A DNA stretch of 64,000 bases from Abditibacterium sp. (GTDB lineage: Bacteria > Armatimonadota > Abditibacteriia > Abditibacteriales > Abditibacteriaceae), in contig OZ251992.1 of the NCBI GenBank assembly GCA_965246885.1, forward strand, positions 2,208,001 to 2,272,000. The letters run 5' to 3'. How positions within the stretch are numbered: the stretch's first letter is position 1; each line of letters opens with the position of its first letter. The notes beneath the pieces were generated by a model, which searched no databases, was not told the origin of the DNA, and was given only the letters and a program-made list of their open reading frames with translations. Positions 18,870 through 29,287 of this stretch are shown piece after piece. The position numbers and the translations under genes are program-made.

Positions 18870-20108
18870 TTGAATACCTCAACTCTTATCCACACCTTGC
18901 CCAACGGCCTCACGCTCGTGGGCGAACCCTCCAACAAGCAAGTGGTCGCGTGGAGCCTGCAACTGCCCGCCGGAAGCGCGACCGAACCCGAAGGCAAAGA
19001 CGGACTCACAACTGTCCTCGAATCCGTCATGATGCGCGGCGCGGGCGAGCGCGATTCCCGCCGACTCTCGGATGCCCTCGACGATTTAGGCATCGAGCGC
19101 GGCGGAAGCGCCGAGGTTGAATCCGTCTCCTTTGGCGGCGCCACGCTGGGCTTGTATTTGGCCGACGCCCTTTCCCTCTACGCCGACGTCGCCCGCCGCC
19201 CACGCTTGCCAGAGGACGAATGGGAAGCCGCGCGCGACCTCGCGCTGCAAAGCCTCGACTCGCTGGAAGACTCTCCCTCGCGCAAGATGTTCGTTCAACT
19301 GCGCCGTAGCTGGTTCACGTCGGGGCACCGGCGCGCCGCCATCGGCACCCGCGAAGGGTTGGAGTCTCTTTCCCTCGAAGATTTGCGCGCCGACCACGCC
19401 GCCCGCTTCCGACCCGACGGCGCCATCCTCGCCGTCGCGGGCGGTTTCGATTGGGCCGCAACGGTCGCGCAGGTCGAGCAACTCTTCGGCGACTGGACTG
19501 GAAAGGCGCCGGAGTTAGGCGCCCCGCAAGTCGTGAGCGAGCCGCTTTTCCAGCACATCGAGCAAGACACCGCGCAACAGCAAATCGGCGTCGCCTACTT
19601 GGGTGTTCCTTCAACAGACGCCGACTTTTATGCTTTCCGCGTGGCAACCGACATCCTGAGCGGCGGCATGGGCGCGCGGCTCTTTTCCGAAGTGCGCGAA
19701 AAGCGTGGTCTCGTGTATTCCGTCTCGGCATCCGCGTCGTCGCACCGGGGCATTGGCTACACCCTCGGCTACGCGGGCACCACGCCCGAACGCTCGCAAG
19801 AAACGCTCGACGTCCTCCTTGCCGAGCTTGCCAAGATGCGCGAGGGCGTTTCGCCCGACGAACTCGAACGCGCCCAAGTGCGCATGACCTCCAGCCTCGT
19901 CATGGGCGAGGAGTCCTCCCGCTCGCGGGCAGGCGCGCTCGCGCGCGACTTCTGGATGCTGGGCCGCGTGCGCTCCTTGGAGGAAGTGACCCAGAAAATC
20001 CGCGCCGTCACGCCCGCCGCTATCCGCGTCATGTATGAACGCTTCCCGCCGGAGAATTTCTCGGTCGTCACGCTCGGCCCGCGCAAGCTGGAGCGCCCGG
20101 CCTCCTAA
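18870..20108 (+). CDS. M16 (pitrilysin-family) peptidase-like subunit, non-catalytic type
   Basis: LPNGL, ILSGGMGARLFSEVREKRGLVYSV. HxxEH is replaced by TTVLES. TTG start inferred. Confidence 0.88.
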   Translation: MNTSTLIHTLPNGLTLVGEPSNKQVVAWSLQLPAGSATEPEGKDGLTTVLESVMMRGAGERDSRRLSDALDDLGIERGGSAEVESVSFGGATLGLYLADALSLYADVARRPRLPEDEWEAARDLALQSLDSLEDSPSRKMFVQLRRSWFTSGHRRAAIGTREGLESLSLEDLRADHAARFRPDGAILAVAGGFDWAATVAQVEQLFGDWTGKAPELGAPQVVSEPLFQHIEQDTAQQQIGVAYLGVPSTDADFYAFRVATDILSGGMGARLFSEVREKRGLVYSVSASASSHRGIGYTLGYAGTTPERSQETLDVLLAELAKMREGVSPDELERAQVRMTSSLVMGEESSRSRAGALARDFWMLGRVRSLEEVTQKIRAVTPAAIRVMYERFPPENFSVVTLGPRKLERPAS

Positions 20109-20909
20109 ATGGAAATCCTTGCGGCCCTTCTCCTTGGTGGCTTCTTCGCGTTTAATACGCTCGCCACGCCCGCGCGCGTCGGCAAAGCGGCGGAAAGCGC
20201 GCTCCGCAAACAGTTCCCCGGCGCCGCCGTTCATGTCGAAGTGCGCGGCAAACGGGGCCGGGCTGTGCTTCAGGGACGCTTCCAAAGCGTGCGCGTCGAG
20301 ATGAGCGGCGCCCGCTTTGGCGCCACCGCGCTCGCGTCGCAAGCCAATACCTTGGGCGGCATGCCGCCCAAGGTGCGCGTGGGCACGGTCGGCCACATGG
20401 AAGTGCGCCTGCGCGACTGGTCGTTCGGCGAATTGGCCGTGAAGAAGACCGATGTGTCCTTGGACGACGTGAGATACGACTTCGGCGCGCTCAAGAGCCG
20501 CTCGCAGTTGCGCCTCCTTTCCTTTGCCAACGGGAAAGTTGCCTTGGCATTGGATGCGCCCGCGCTTTTGCCCCTCTTTGTGCGCCGCGCGCCGGAAATT
20601 GTCGCTCCGCGCATCGAACTGCGCGATGGCGAGATGATCTTGAGCGGGCGCCGCGAGTTTCTGGGCACCAGCACCTCCGTCGTCGTGCGCGGGCCGTTGG
20701 TCGCGCACGGGCAAAACTTGGAAATAAGTGCGGCGCGCGTCGAAGTCGGCGGCACGACGCTTCCGCCCGCCTTGGCCGCTCCGATACTGCGCGGTGTGAA
20801 CCCGATTTACTCTTTCGACGCGGGGAAGTGGCCCTTCGCTCTCGATATTCGATCCATCCGCGCGCAAAGCGACGCCCTCGAAATCGAGGGCGCTTTGTCC
20901 GCGAAGTAG
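20109..20909 (+). CDS. DUF2993/LmeA-like protein
   Basis: N-terminal anchor and VLQGRFQSVRV beta-rich fold. Confidence 0.6.
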   Translation: MEILAALLLGGFFAFNTLATPARVGKAAESALRKQFPGAAVHVEVRGKRGRAVLQGRFQSVRVEMSGARFGATALASQANTLGGMPPKVRVGTVGHMEVRLRDWSFGELAVKKTDVSLDDVRYDFGALKSRSQLRLLSFANGKVALALDAPALLPLFVRRAPEIVAPRIELRDGEMILSGRREFLGTSTSVVVRGPLVAHGQNLEISAARVEVGGTTLPPALAAPILRGVNPIYSFDAGKWPFALDIRSIRAQSDALEIEGALSAK

Positions 20910-20975
20910 AGCAGGGTGCTTCTTTGCGCGGCGTGGTGCCAATGAAAGGTGGCGCCGGGCGTCAAACTTCCTATC

Positions 20976-21365
20976 ATGCAGTTGCCGCAAGACCGCCATT
21001 ACACGCGCGATGACCTGTGGGTGCGCGCGGATGGCGAGGGAATTTATACGCTCGGCCTCACCCACTACGGGCAGGAGGAGTTGGGAGAATTAGTGTTCGT
21101 GGAATTACCCGCGCTCGACCATCCGGTGCGCTTGGGGCAAAGCGTAGCCGTCGTGGAGTCGGTCAAATCGGTGTCAGAAGTGGCGTCGCCCGTCGCGGGT
21201 GTGGTCGTTGCCGCCAATGCGCGCGCCGGGGCAACGCCAGAGTTGGTGAACGAGTCGCCCTACGAGGAGGGTTGGATCGCGCGTATCCGCGCCGGGTCGC
21301 CGCCGGAAAACCTGTTATCGCCCGCACAATACGCGGCGTGGCGGCGTCTGCCACTGTCCGTATGA
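20976..21365 (+). CDS. gcvH: Glycine cleavage H / lipoyl-carrier protein
   Basis: LGELVFVELP, lipoyl-Lys motif VESVKSVSEV, PELVNESPYEEGWI. Confidence 0.9.
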   Translation: MQLPQDRHYTRDDLWVRADGEGIYTLGLTHYGQEELGELVFVELPALDHPVRLGQSVAVVESVKSVSEVASPVAGVVVAANARAGATPELVNESPYEEGWIARIRAGSPPENLLSPAQYAAWRRLPLSV

Positions 21366-24190
21366 GTTTCCGCCCCTTCCTTCTGGCGCTCTTCCTGTGC
21401 GCCTTGTCGCCCTTTGCCCGCGCCCAAAACGCTACCCCTTCCCTCGCGGCGCAGGGGATGTTCCCGTTCGCCTTGCCTTGGGACGACGGCGCGCCCGGCC
21501 CCACAGATGTTTCCTTTCTCAACACTTCGCCCGCCGGGGCGAACGGGTTCCTGCGAGCAGAAGGCGAGAGTTTCGTGGACGAACGCGGCGGGGCCGTGCG
21601 GTTGTGGGGCGTCAATCTCAACTTCATCGGCGCTTTCCCTGACAAAGAAACGGCTCCCAAGGTCGCCGCGCGTTTGGCCAAGTTCGGCTTTAACGCCGTG
21701 CGCTTCCACCATATAGACGGTCTGCCCGCTCCCGGCGGCTTGTGGAAGGCCAACGGCGGACGGTTGCTCTGGCCGAACGAACTCGACCCCGCCCAATTCG
21801 ACCGCATTGACTTCTTTATCAACGAGCTTCTCAAGCGCGGCATCTACGTGGACTTCAACCTCCACGTCGCGCGCAAGGTCACCGAGCGCGACGGCTTCCT
21901 CGACGCCACTAAGCTCCCCGAAAAGGACAAGGGCATCGCCACCTTCGACGCCCGCTTGGACGCCCGCAACCGCGACTTCGCCCGCGCGCTCTTGACCCAC
22001 GTCAATCCGTACACTTCCCGCGCTTACAACGCCGAACCCGGCGTGTGCGCGGTCGAAGTGGACAACGAATCGAGCCTGTTGCAACTCTGGTTGGACGGCA
22101 AACTGGACGATCTTCCGCCCACCTACGCTGAAACCCTCCGGGCCGGTTGGAACGACTGGGCGCGCGCCAAATACCGAACCGACGAGAAAATGCGCCGCGC
22201 TTGGACGGAGTTGGAGCGGCCCCGCACCGGCCCGGAACTGCTTCTGCCCGCGCCGACGCCCACCCCGCTTCCCACCCCGACGCCCAAACCCACGCCGATT
22301 TCGGTCGCGTCGGCGCTCGCGGGCGTCGCGCTGGTCGTTCCCACGCCCGCGCCTTTGCCCGAAGCGCGCGGCAACGCTGCGCCCACGCTCGAAGATTGGC
22401 AACTGGTCACGTCGGGCGGCGCGCGCGGCGCCGTCTTTCAAGACGAACTGGCTGGCCCCGCCATAGACGGCATCGTGCAACCGGGGCTTTCCCTCCGGCT
22501 GGACGCGGCGGGGGCTGTGAGTTGGGGCTTTCAACTCGCGCGCGACGGTTTGCAATTAGAAAGCGGCAAAATCTACACCTTGAACTTCGCGGCGCGCTCG
22601 CCCAACGGTCGCAACATCTCCGTCAACCTGTGGGAAACACGCCATCCGTTCAAGTGGCTGGGCGTCAAACAGGTCGTTCGCATCCGCGATGACTGGGGCT
22701 TCTATTCCGTCACCTTCCGGCCCGTCGGTGCCTCGCCGGGGTTTGTACGTCTGGCTTTAGATGTAGGCAACATTCCCGGTAGCGTGCAACTGGGCGCCCT
22801 TTCGCTTCATAGCGGCGGGCGCTTGGCGGCGCCGGAGGACTGGACTTTGCGCGGCAACTTGCCCCTTGTTGACGCGCAAAACGAGCCGGTCTTTGCGGTG
22901 CGGCGCGATTTCGCGCGTTACTTGGGCGAGTTGGAAACCAAGCACACCGCCGCATGGCGCCGCTTTTTGCGCGACGACTTGAAGGTGCGCGTTCCCATCT
23001 GGCACACTCAAGCCCAGTTCGGCGGTTGGGGCGGCGCGCTCCGGGAAAGCGAGTCCGACGCCCTCGACATCCACATTTATTGGAAGCACCCCGAATTTCT
23101 GGGCGCCGCGTGGGACGCTGCCAACTGGCGCGTCGGGAACCAATCAATGGCCGCGTCGCCCGACGCCGACCCGCTCGTGACGTTCTCCCTCGCCCGCGAA
23201 GAAGGCAAGCCGCTCGTTGTGACTGAGTGGAACTCCGGCCAGCCCAACGACTACGGCGCGGAAAGCCTCCTCATGGCCGCCTCGCACGCCGCGCATCAAG
23301 GCTGGGCGGGCGTGTGGATGTTCGACTACCACTCCAACGGCGCGTGGAACCGGACGCAGTTCGAGAACTTCTTCTCCATTGACTCGAACCCCGTCAAAAT
23401 GGCGACAGCACCCTTGGCCGCGCTCCTCTTCCGGCGCGGCGATGTGGCGACTTCGACCGACGGCGCGACGCTGGCCATCCCCGCCGTCCGCGCATGGGAC
23501 GAACTGGCGCGCGCCCCGTTCGGCCCGACGATGCAGCCCTTTGTCAAGACGTGGACGGAAAACGGCGGCAAGCGCGACGCCGCCTTGTCGGAGCGCGTCG
23601 GATGGACGAATACGCCTGCCCTCTTCCCGACGCCCTCGCGCGCGGTGCTCGATTCGGAAAGCACCCTCGCGTCCGATACGACCGTTTCCGATACGGGCCA
23701 AATCACGCGCGAAGAGCGCGGCTGGGCGCTCGATTCTCCCCGCGCCAAAGCGTTTGCTGGTTTTGTCGGCGGGCGCCGCTTCCGGTGGGGCGAAGTCGAA
23801 GCGTGGTTCCCCGCGCCCGCGACGTGGGCGGCGGGCGGCGTTGTCGCAATGGACGACCAGCCGATCGCCACTTCCAAGCGTCTGCTCTTAACCGTGTGCG
23901 GACGCGCGGAAAACCCCGGCATGATTTGGAACGCGGCGCGCGACTCCGTTGGCAGCAACTGGGGGCAAGGGCCAACCTTCATCGCGTCGCCGCCCGCGAC
24001 GTGGAAAGTTTGGATAAGCGCATCGGAAGCTCACGTCTGGGCGCTCGACGAACATGGCCAACGGCGCGGCAAGATTCCCTCGACCCTACAAGATGGCGCG
24101 CTGAAATTCACCACCTCGAACGAGTGGCGCACCCCTTGGTATGAGATCGCCATCGGCGCCCCCGCCGAAAGCGCGAGCGGCCCCGGTTAA
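21362..24190 (+). CDS. Secreted clan GH-A glycoside hydrolase with inserted carbohydrate-binding (CBM4/9-like) module
   Basis: Signal peptide, RLWGVN, GFNAVRFHH, DNES, VTEWN and a PT-rich linker. Confidence 0.75.
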   Translation: MSFRPFLLALFLCALSPFARAQNATPSLAAQGMFPFALPWDDGAPGPTDVSFLNTSPAGANGFLRAEGESFVDERGGAVRLWGVNLNFIGAFPDKETAPKVAARLAKFGFNAVRFHHIDGLPAPGGLWKANGGRLLWPNELDPAQFDRIDFFINELLKRGIYVDFNLHVARKVTERDGFLDATKLPEKDKGIATFDARLDARNRDFARALLTHVNPYTSRAYNAEPGVCAVEVDNESSLLQLWLDGKLDDLPPTYAETLRAGWNDWARAKYRTDEKMRRAWTELERPRTGPELLLPAPTPTPLPTPTPKPTPISVASALAGVALVVPTPAPLPEARGNAAPTLEDWQLVTSGGARGAVFQDELAGPAIDGIVQPGLSLRLDAAGAVSWGFQLARDGLQLESGKIYTLNFAARSPNGRNISVNLWETRHPFKWLGVKQVVRIRDDWGFYSVTFRPVGASPGFVRLALDVGNIPGSVQLGALSLHSGGRLAAPEDWTLRGNLPLVDAQNEPVFAVRRDFARYLGELETKHTAAWRRFLRDDLKVRVPIWHTQAQFGGWGGALRESESDALDIHIYWKHPEFLGAAWDAANWRVGNQSMAASPDADPLVTFSLAREEGKPLVVTEWNSGQPNDYGAESLLMAASHAAHQGWAGVWMFDYHSNGAWNRTQFENFFSIDSNPVKMATAPLAALLFRRGDVATSTDGATLAIPAVRAWDELARAPFGPTMQPFVKTWTENGGKRDAALSERVGWTNTPALFPTPSRAVLDSESTLASDTTVSDTGQITREERGWALDSPRAKAFAGFVGGRRFRWGEVEAWFPAPATWAAGGVVAMDDQPIATSKRLLLTVCGRAENPGMIWNAARDSVGSNWGQGPTFIASPPATWKVWISASEAHVWALDEHGQRRGKIPSTLQDGALKFTTSNEWRTPWYEIAIGAPAESASGPG

Positions 24191-24191
24191 C

Positions 24192-24296
24192 CATCGGCGC
24201 ACGCACGGGAATCATCAGCGCGCGCGCGGGAATGATTGACAGACATGCACGAGCGATTCCCGTGCATGCGCCGATAATTCCCACGACTAATTCTTT
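24192..24296. repeat. 21-bp-period intergenic repeat forming an inverted repeat
   Basis: CATCGGCGCACGCACGGGAAT then CATCAGCGCGCGCGCGGGAAT. 24255-24275 is a near reverse complement of unit 1. Confidence 0.7.
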
Positions 24297-24407
24297 CGTT
24301 CCCTCTGGTGGGCGGACGAGAGAAATGGGCCGCTCGCCCCAGAAGCGGCTCCCCGTTGTCTTAAACTGGGGCTTCTCTGCCACAGTGGGCGGAAGCGGAA
24401 TAGAATT

Positions 24408-25298
24408 ATGCCTTGGGTTGCCACTTGCACGTTTCGTGAACCGGTGAAAAGTTACTACCTCGATCCGGGAGAGTTGGAGTTGATGGTCGGAGCGGCGGTG
24501 TTGGCCGAAACCGCGCGCGGCTTGGAGTTGGGCCGCGTCAAATTCCGGGCGCGCGAGGTGCCGCCCGACAAATTCGCCGCGCCGCCGCCGCGCGTGTTGC
24601 GCGTTGCCGACAAGGACGATTTGGAGCGCGACGAAGATAATAAGTCTTTCGAGAACCGCGCGCTCCTCATTGCCCGCAGTCGTGTATCGGCGCACGGCTT
24701 GAATATGAAAGTCGTCAAGTGCGAGGTGATGTTCGACCGCTCGAAGCTGTGGGTGTACTACGAATCGGAGTCGCGCGTGGATTTCCGGGAATTGCTCAAA
24801 GACTTGGGCTTTCGCTTGGGCGTGCGCTTGCATTTGCAGCACGTCGGCCCGCGCGACGCGGCCAAAGTGCTCGGCGGTTGCGGCCCGTGCGGACAAAGTT
24901 TGTGCTGCTCCACGTTCCTCAAGGAAACCCCCGCAGTCAATTTGAAGCTCGCCAAAGAGCAACGCCTGAGCCTCACGCCCTCCAAAATCTCCGGCGCGTG
25001 CGGGCGCTTGATGTGCTGCCTGCGCTACGAGGTCGAGTTCTACCGCGACGCCAACCAGCGACTTCCGAAAAACGGCGCCAACGTGGACACCCCCGAAGGC
25101 CCCGGCACGGTCGTCGAGGTGAACGTCTTCAACGAGACCGTTTTCGTCCGCTTGGGCGATGGCCGCCACATCTCGGTCGAGGGCGAAACTCTGCGCTCCC
25201 TGCGCGAGGAACGCGGCGGCGTCAAAAGCTGCGCCAATCACATAGACAACGGCGGCGGCTGCTCCAAGGGCGCCAAAGCGCGCGATGGGGGGAGTTAG
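24408..25298 (+). CDS. PSP1/RicT (YaaT)-family Fe-S protein
   Basis: RVDFRELLKDL, GGCGPCGQSLCCS and KISGACGRLMCCLRYE. Confidence 0.92.
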   Translation: MPWVATCTFREPVKSYYLDPGELELMVGAAVLAETARGLELGRVKFRAREVPPDKFAAPPPRVLRVADKDDLERDEDNKSFENRALLIARSRVSAHGLNMKVVKCEVMFDRSKLWVYYESESRVDFRELLKDLGFRLGVRLHLQHVGPRDAAKVLGGCGPCGQSLCCSTFLKETPAVNLKLAKEQRLSLTPSKISGACGRLMCCLRYEVEFYRDANQRLPKNGANVDTPEGPGTVVEVNVFNETVFVRLGDGRHISVEGETLRSLREERGGVKSCANHIDNGGGCSKGAKARDGGS

Positions 25299-25307
25299 GG
25301 CGCCAGT

Positions 25308-26036
25308 TCAGTGGGGAAGTCGCTCCAATTCCGAGCGTAACCTTGTATAGCGCGCGTCAACCCAAGCGGGGCGCTGGGCATCTGAGGGCACGTCGCGCGC
25401 GCGAAAGTCGAGCGGGCAGAGCAGCACCTCAATGTTTTCGATGCCCGTTTGCGCGGCCAAGACAAACAGATCTTCGGCGGCCTCATCGCCCATTGCCAAG
25501 CAGCCAACTGAGGCATTGGAGCCATGAATCATGATGTCGCCGCCCAAGCCGGTGCGATGGTCAAGGGCCGCCTGCGCGCGGTCTTCGGCGTTCGGATAAC
25601 CCACGCGAAGCGCGAGGTGAAAAGCGGAGTTCGGGTTGAGCGACTCGATGCGATATACGCCTTCGGGCACTTGTAAGTCGCCTTCGCGCAGCTTGGGGCC
25701 GCTCTTGCCGCTCGCCGCCAGCATGGGAAAAGAGCGAATAAAGCGCGGCTCGCCGTCATCGCCGCACGCGTAGACCTCCAACCGCTTTTCCTGCTTCAAG
25801 CCGACGAGCACCAGTTTGCGCGGCGGGTAGGGGACGTGAGCGGCTTGGAAATACGGGTTCCAGCGCGCCTGAACGACGGAGCCGTATTGCGCGAGTCGGT
25901 CGGAAACGATGGCTTTGCCTTGCAGTTTTTGCATCACAACTGTGCCGCCCGGAAAGCGCGATGGATGTAGGGCGACCACGCCGAGAAAGGCGCAAACTCC
26001 CGCAAACGCGAATAGACCGATGTGGCTCCTTTTCAT
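25308..26036 (-). CDS. L,D-transpeptidase (YkuD) family protein
   Basis: GPKLREGDLQVPEGVY and IMIHGSNASVGCLAM. Confidence 0.9.
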   Translation of the reverse strand: MKRSHIGLFAFAGVCAFLGVVALHPSRFPGGTVVMQKLQGKAIVSDRLAQYGSVVQARWNPYFQAAHVPYPPRKLVLVGLKQEKRLEVYACGDDGEPRFIRSFPMLAASGKSGPKLREGDLQVPEGVYRIESLNPNSAFHLALRVGYPNAEDRAQAALDHRTGLGGDIMIHGSNASVGCLAMGDEAAEDLFVLAAQTGIENIEVLLCPLDFRARDVPSDAQRPAWVDARYTRLRSELERLPH

Positions 26037-26109
26037 GCCATCAGTTTTAGAAAATCCCCGACCGCGCGGCGTCGCCGGACGCGCAAAGGTTCACACTGAG
26101 ACGTAATCC

Positions 26110-28137
26110 ATGCAACCGAAGCCCTTTTTTATCACCACTCCGATTTACTACATCAACTCTGTGCCGCACGTCGGGCACGCTTACACGCAGATTGCGGCGG
26201 ATGCGCGCGCGCGCTTCGAGCGGCTTCGCGGACGCGAAGTGTACTTCCTCACGGGCACCGATGAGAACGCCCTCAAAGTCGCGCGTGCGGCGGGGGCGCA
26301 GGGGCGCGACCCGTTGGAGTTTTGCGATGAGTTGGCGCGCGCCTTTCAGGAGGTGTGGGCCGCGCTCGACATCTCTTACGACGACTTCATCCGCACGACC
26401 GAAGCGCGCCATGTCGGGCCGGTGCGGGAAGTCGTGCAAAAGCTGTGGGACGGCGGGTTCTTGGAGTTGGGGACGTATTCGGGTTGGTATAGCGTTCCCG
26501 ACGAGACCTTTTTCCGCCCCGAAGAGGTCGTCGAGCGCGACGGCGCGCACTATTTGATTTCCCCCGGCGAAGACCAAACCAAAGAGCCGCTCGAATGGAC
26601 GGAAGAGGTCGGGCACTTCTTCAAGCTGTCCAGCTTTGGGGCGCAACTGCTCGCCATCTACGCCGCCCACCCGGAAGTGTTGCGTCCCGAATCGCGCCGT
26701 AACGAAACGCTGCGCTTTATCGAGCGCGGCCTGTTCGATACCTCCATCTCGCGCGCGCAGGAGTGGGGCATCCCGCTTCCAACGGGGGTGCCCGAATCGG
26801 CGGGCAAGGTGGTGTACGTCTGGTTCCCGGACGCCCTGCTCAATTACGCGACGGCTCCCGGCTTTTTGGCGAATGACGAACGCTTTCAGTCGCTGTGGCC
26901 GCCCGACTTGCAACTGATGAGCAAGGACATCTTCACCCGCTTCCACGCGACGCTGTGGCCCGCCTTGCTTCTGGCGCTTGGTCTGGAACTGCCTCGCGAA
27001 CTGTTCGCGCACGGCTTCTGGACGGTGGACGGCGAGAAGGTTTCCAAGCGCAATCCCAACACCATCGTGGAACCCATCGCGTTTGCCACACAAATTGCCG
27101 AAGCTGCGGGGGGCGCTGACATGCGCGTCGGAGTGGACGCGCTCCGCTACTATTCGCTGCGCGAAGTGACGTTTGGCGCGGACGGGGATTTCTCCAAACT
27201 GGGCTGCGTCATCCGCTACAACGCGGACTTAGCGAACGGGCTGGGCAACCTCGTCCAACGCGCGACGGTGATGCTTCATAAATACTTCGAGGGCCGCGTT
27301 CCCGCGACGCACAGCGTGGGCGGCGCGTGGCTGGACGACTTGCGCGCACGGCAAGGGGCAGTCGCGGCGGCCTACGAAACGCTCGACTTTTCCGGCGCGC
27401 TCGCCGAAATATGGGAAGTCGTCGGCATCGCTAACCGGTGGATCGAGGACGAGAAGCCTTGGGCCAAAGTCAAGGCGGGAGATTTGGAAGGCGCCGCCGA
27501 TTTGCTGCTGCGCCTGTTGACCGTAGTCCAATGGGTCGCGGTTTGCACGTGCCCCGCGATGCCACAAAGCGCCGCGCTGTTGTGGGCGGCGTTGGGCCGG
27601 AGCGAGCCAATGACGTGGGAAAGTTCGCTCGCGCCATTCGAGACGGATCACGAACTCCCGCCGCCGTCGCCCATCTTCCCCCGTGCCGATACTAAACCCT
27701 TCGAGCCACAACCCAAGGAACCCATTATGTCCGACACCACACCCGCCACTCAAACCGAACTTACCACAACGAAAAGCGCGGAGCCTGCTTCCGAGGCGCC
27801 CGCCGCCGAGAGCACGTTCATCTCGATAGACGACTTCGCCAAAGTGCAACTGCGCGTGGGCCGCGTTCTCGAAGCCGAGCGCATCCCCAAAGCCGACAAG
27901 TTGCTCCGCTTGCAGGTGGACTTGGGCGGCGAAACGCGCCAAATCCTCGCGGGCATCGCGCAGCATTACACGCCCGATGAAATGATTGGCCGCTCCGTCG
28001 TGGTCGTCGCCAACCTCGCGCCGCGCGCCCTGCGGGGCTATGAGTCGCAGGGAATGTTACTGGCCGCGTCGGACGAGTCGGGGAAACTGGCGCTCATCAG
28101 CCCCGGCGAAGTCGCGCCCGGCGGGGTGGTGCGTTAA
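26110..28137 (+). CDS. metG: Methionine--tRNA ligase with C-terminal tRNA-binding domain
   Basis: TTPIYY, HVGH, LTGTDE, KVSKR (KMSKS-like), DLANGLGNL and a C-terminal OB fold. Confidence 0.97.
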   Translation: MQPKPFFITTPIYYINSVPHVGHAYTQIAADARARFERLRGREVYFLTGTDENALKVARAAGAQGRDPLEFCDELARAFQEVWAALDISYDDFIRTTEARHVGPVREVVQKLWDGGFLELGTYSGWYSVPDETFFRPEEVVERDGAHYLISPGEDQTKEPLEWTEEVGHFFKLSSFGAQLLAIYAAHPEVLRPESRRNETLRFIERGLFDTSISRAQEWGIPLPTGVPESAGKVVYVWFPDALLNYATAPGFLANDERFQSLWPPDLQLMSKDIFTRFHATLWPALLLALGLELPRELFAHGFWTVDGEKVSKRNPNTIVEPIAFATQIAEAAGGADMRVGVDALRYYSLREVTFGADGDFSKLGCVIRYNADLANGLGNLVQRATVMLHKYFEGRVPATHSVGGAWLDDLRARQGAVAAAYETLDFSGALAEIWEVVGIANRWIEDEKPWAKVKAGDLEGAADLLLRLLTVVQWVAVCTCPAMPQSAALLWAALGRSEPMTWESSLAPFETDHELPPPSPIFPRADTKPFEPQPKEPIMSDTTPATQTELTTTKSAEPASEAPAAESTFISIDDFAKVQLRVGRVLEAERIPKADKLLRLQVDLGGETRQILAGIAQHYTPDEMIGRSVVVVANLAPRALRGYESQGMLLAASDESGKLALISPGEVAPGGVVR

Positions 28138-28151
28138 GCGCCACCAACGGA

Positions 28152-28182
28152 AGCAGCCCGCGTCGAAACGACGCGGGCTGCT
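28152..28182. terminator. Hairpin between convergent genes
   Basis: AGCAGCCCGCGTCG-AAA-CGACGCGGGCTGCT perfect stem. Confidence 0.6.
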
Positions 28183-28202
28183 GAGTTTAACCGGGCGGGC
28201 CG

Positions 28203-29219
28203 TTAGCTCTTGGCGACTAAGCGGCGCGCTCCGGCGTAGTGCTCGACCCATTTGGGTTCGTTGAGGGACGAGATGATGGTGCCCACGTGCGAGTTGGCGG
28301 CGTGGATGAAGCGGCCCCGGCCCAGATAAATGCCGACGTGCGACACGCCGGGTTTGTAGGTGTTGGCGAAGAACACGACATCGCCCGGCTTAAGCGACCC
28401 GCGCGCGATGGGCGTCCCGTAGCGGAACTGCTCGGCGGCGGAATGTGGCAGAGCACGGTAGCCCAAGTCGCGCATCACGCGCATGATGAAGCCAGAACAA
28501 TCGAAGCCGCGCGCGCTTTCGCCGCCCCAGACATACGGCGTGCCTAAATAACGTTGCGCGACGCGCACAAAGGGGTGCAAGCCGCTCCCGTCGTCACCCG
28601 CGTCCGCCATAGCGGAGCGCAGGACGGACGTGAATACGCCCAACTGCCGTTGGCTGCGCGCCAAGCTCGCTTGGCTCCTGTTCAAGCGCGGTTCTTCGGC
28701 ACCCAAGTCTGCGTCAAGCTGCACCAGCCGCGCCCGGTTTTGCAGCGCTGCGCGCGAGGCTAAGTCATGAGGACGCGCGATGGCTGGCGCCAGAATTCTG
28801 GGCGCGCTCGCGGGCGCTGGAAAGGCTTCCGGCCCGGTCACTTCTCGCGGCGCCGGTGGGAACAAGGAGCCAATCGACAACGACACGGCGACTTTCACGG
28901 CGGGTGTCGCTTCCACCGGTGCGACGACTTTCTTGCCCAGAGTAGGGGCGGTCGCTTGCAACAGGGGGCGTGGGGCCGAGGAGTGATCGCGGGGCGCGTC
29001 GCGTTTACTATTGGCGACAACACTTTCGGCAATAGCGCTGCCCGGTTTGGCGCTTGGAGACAACACCGGCGCGACCACAATAACGGGAATTGGCGGCGCG
29101 GGCGGAGTTGGGGAGGGGATGGGCACGGCTTTCACCACGTCGGTGCGAGGACTTTCGTCCGCCAGCGCCGGGCGCAATAACATGACCCCTAAAAAGGATA
29201 AGAAGACAAGACGAAACAT
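28203..29219 (-). CDS. NlpC/P60 (C40) peptidoglycan peptidase
   Basis: LGTPYVWGG, GFDCSG, PGDVVFF, SHVGIY, FIHA and a signal peptide. Confidence 0.93.
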   Translation of the reverse strand: MFRLVFLSFLGVMLLRPALADESPRTDVVKAVPIPSPTPPAPPIPVIVVAPVLSPSAKPGSAIAESVVANSKRDAPRDHSSAPRPLLQATAPTLGKKVVAPVEATPAVKVAVSLSIGSLFPPAPREVTGPEAFPAPASAPRILAPAIARPHDLASRAALQNRARLVQLDADLGAEEPRLNRSQASLARSQRQLGVFTSVLRSAMADAGDDGSGLHPFVRVAQRYLGTPYVWGGESARGFDCSGFIMRVMRDLGYRALPHSAAEQFRYGTPIARGSLKPGDVVFFANTYKPGVSHVGIYLGRGRFIHAANSHVGTIISSLNEPKWVEHYAGARRLVAKS

Positions 29220-29287
29220 AAGGGCTACCGGAGATGCAGGGAACGGCGAACAGTGTGCGCGACGGGGGTGTGTCGGTCAAGCGCTCT

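Noticed and set aside
18870..20108. M16 peptidase as a pseudogene
   Set aside because: Loss of HxxEH is normal for the non-catalytic subunit of heterodimeric M16B peptidases, and the ORF is intact.
22245..22300. Repeated CCCAC/GCC DNA in the glycoside hydrolase
   Set aside because: Encodes an ordinary Pro-Thr linker.
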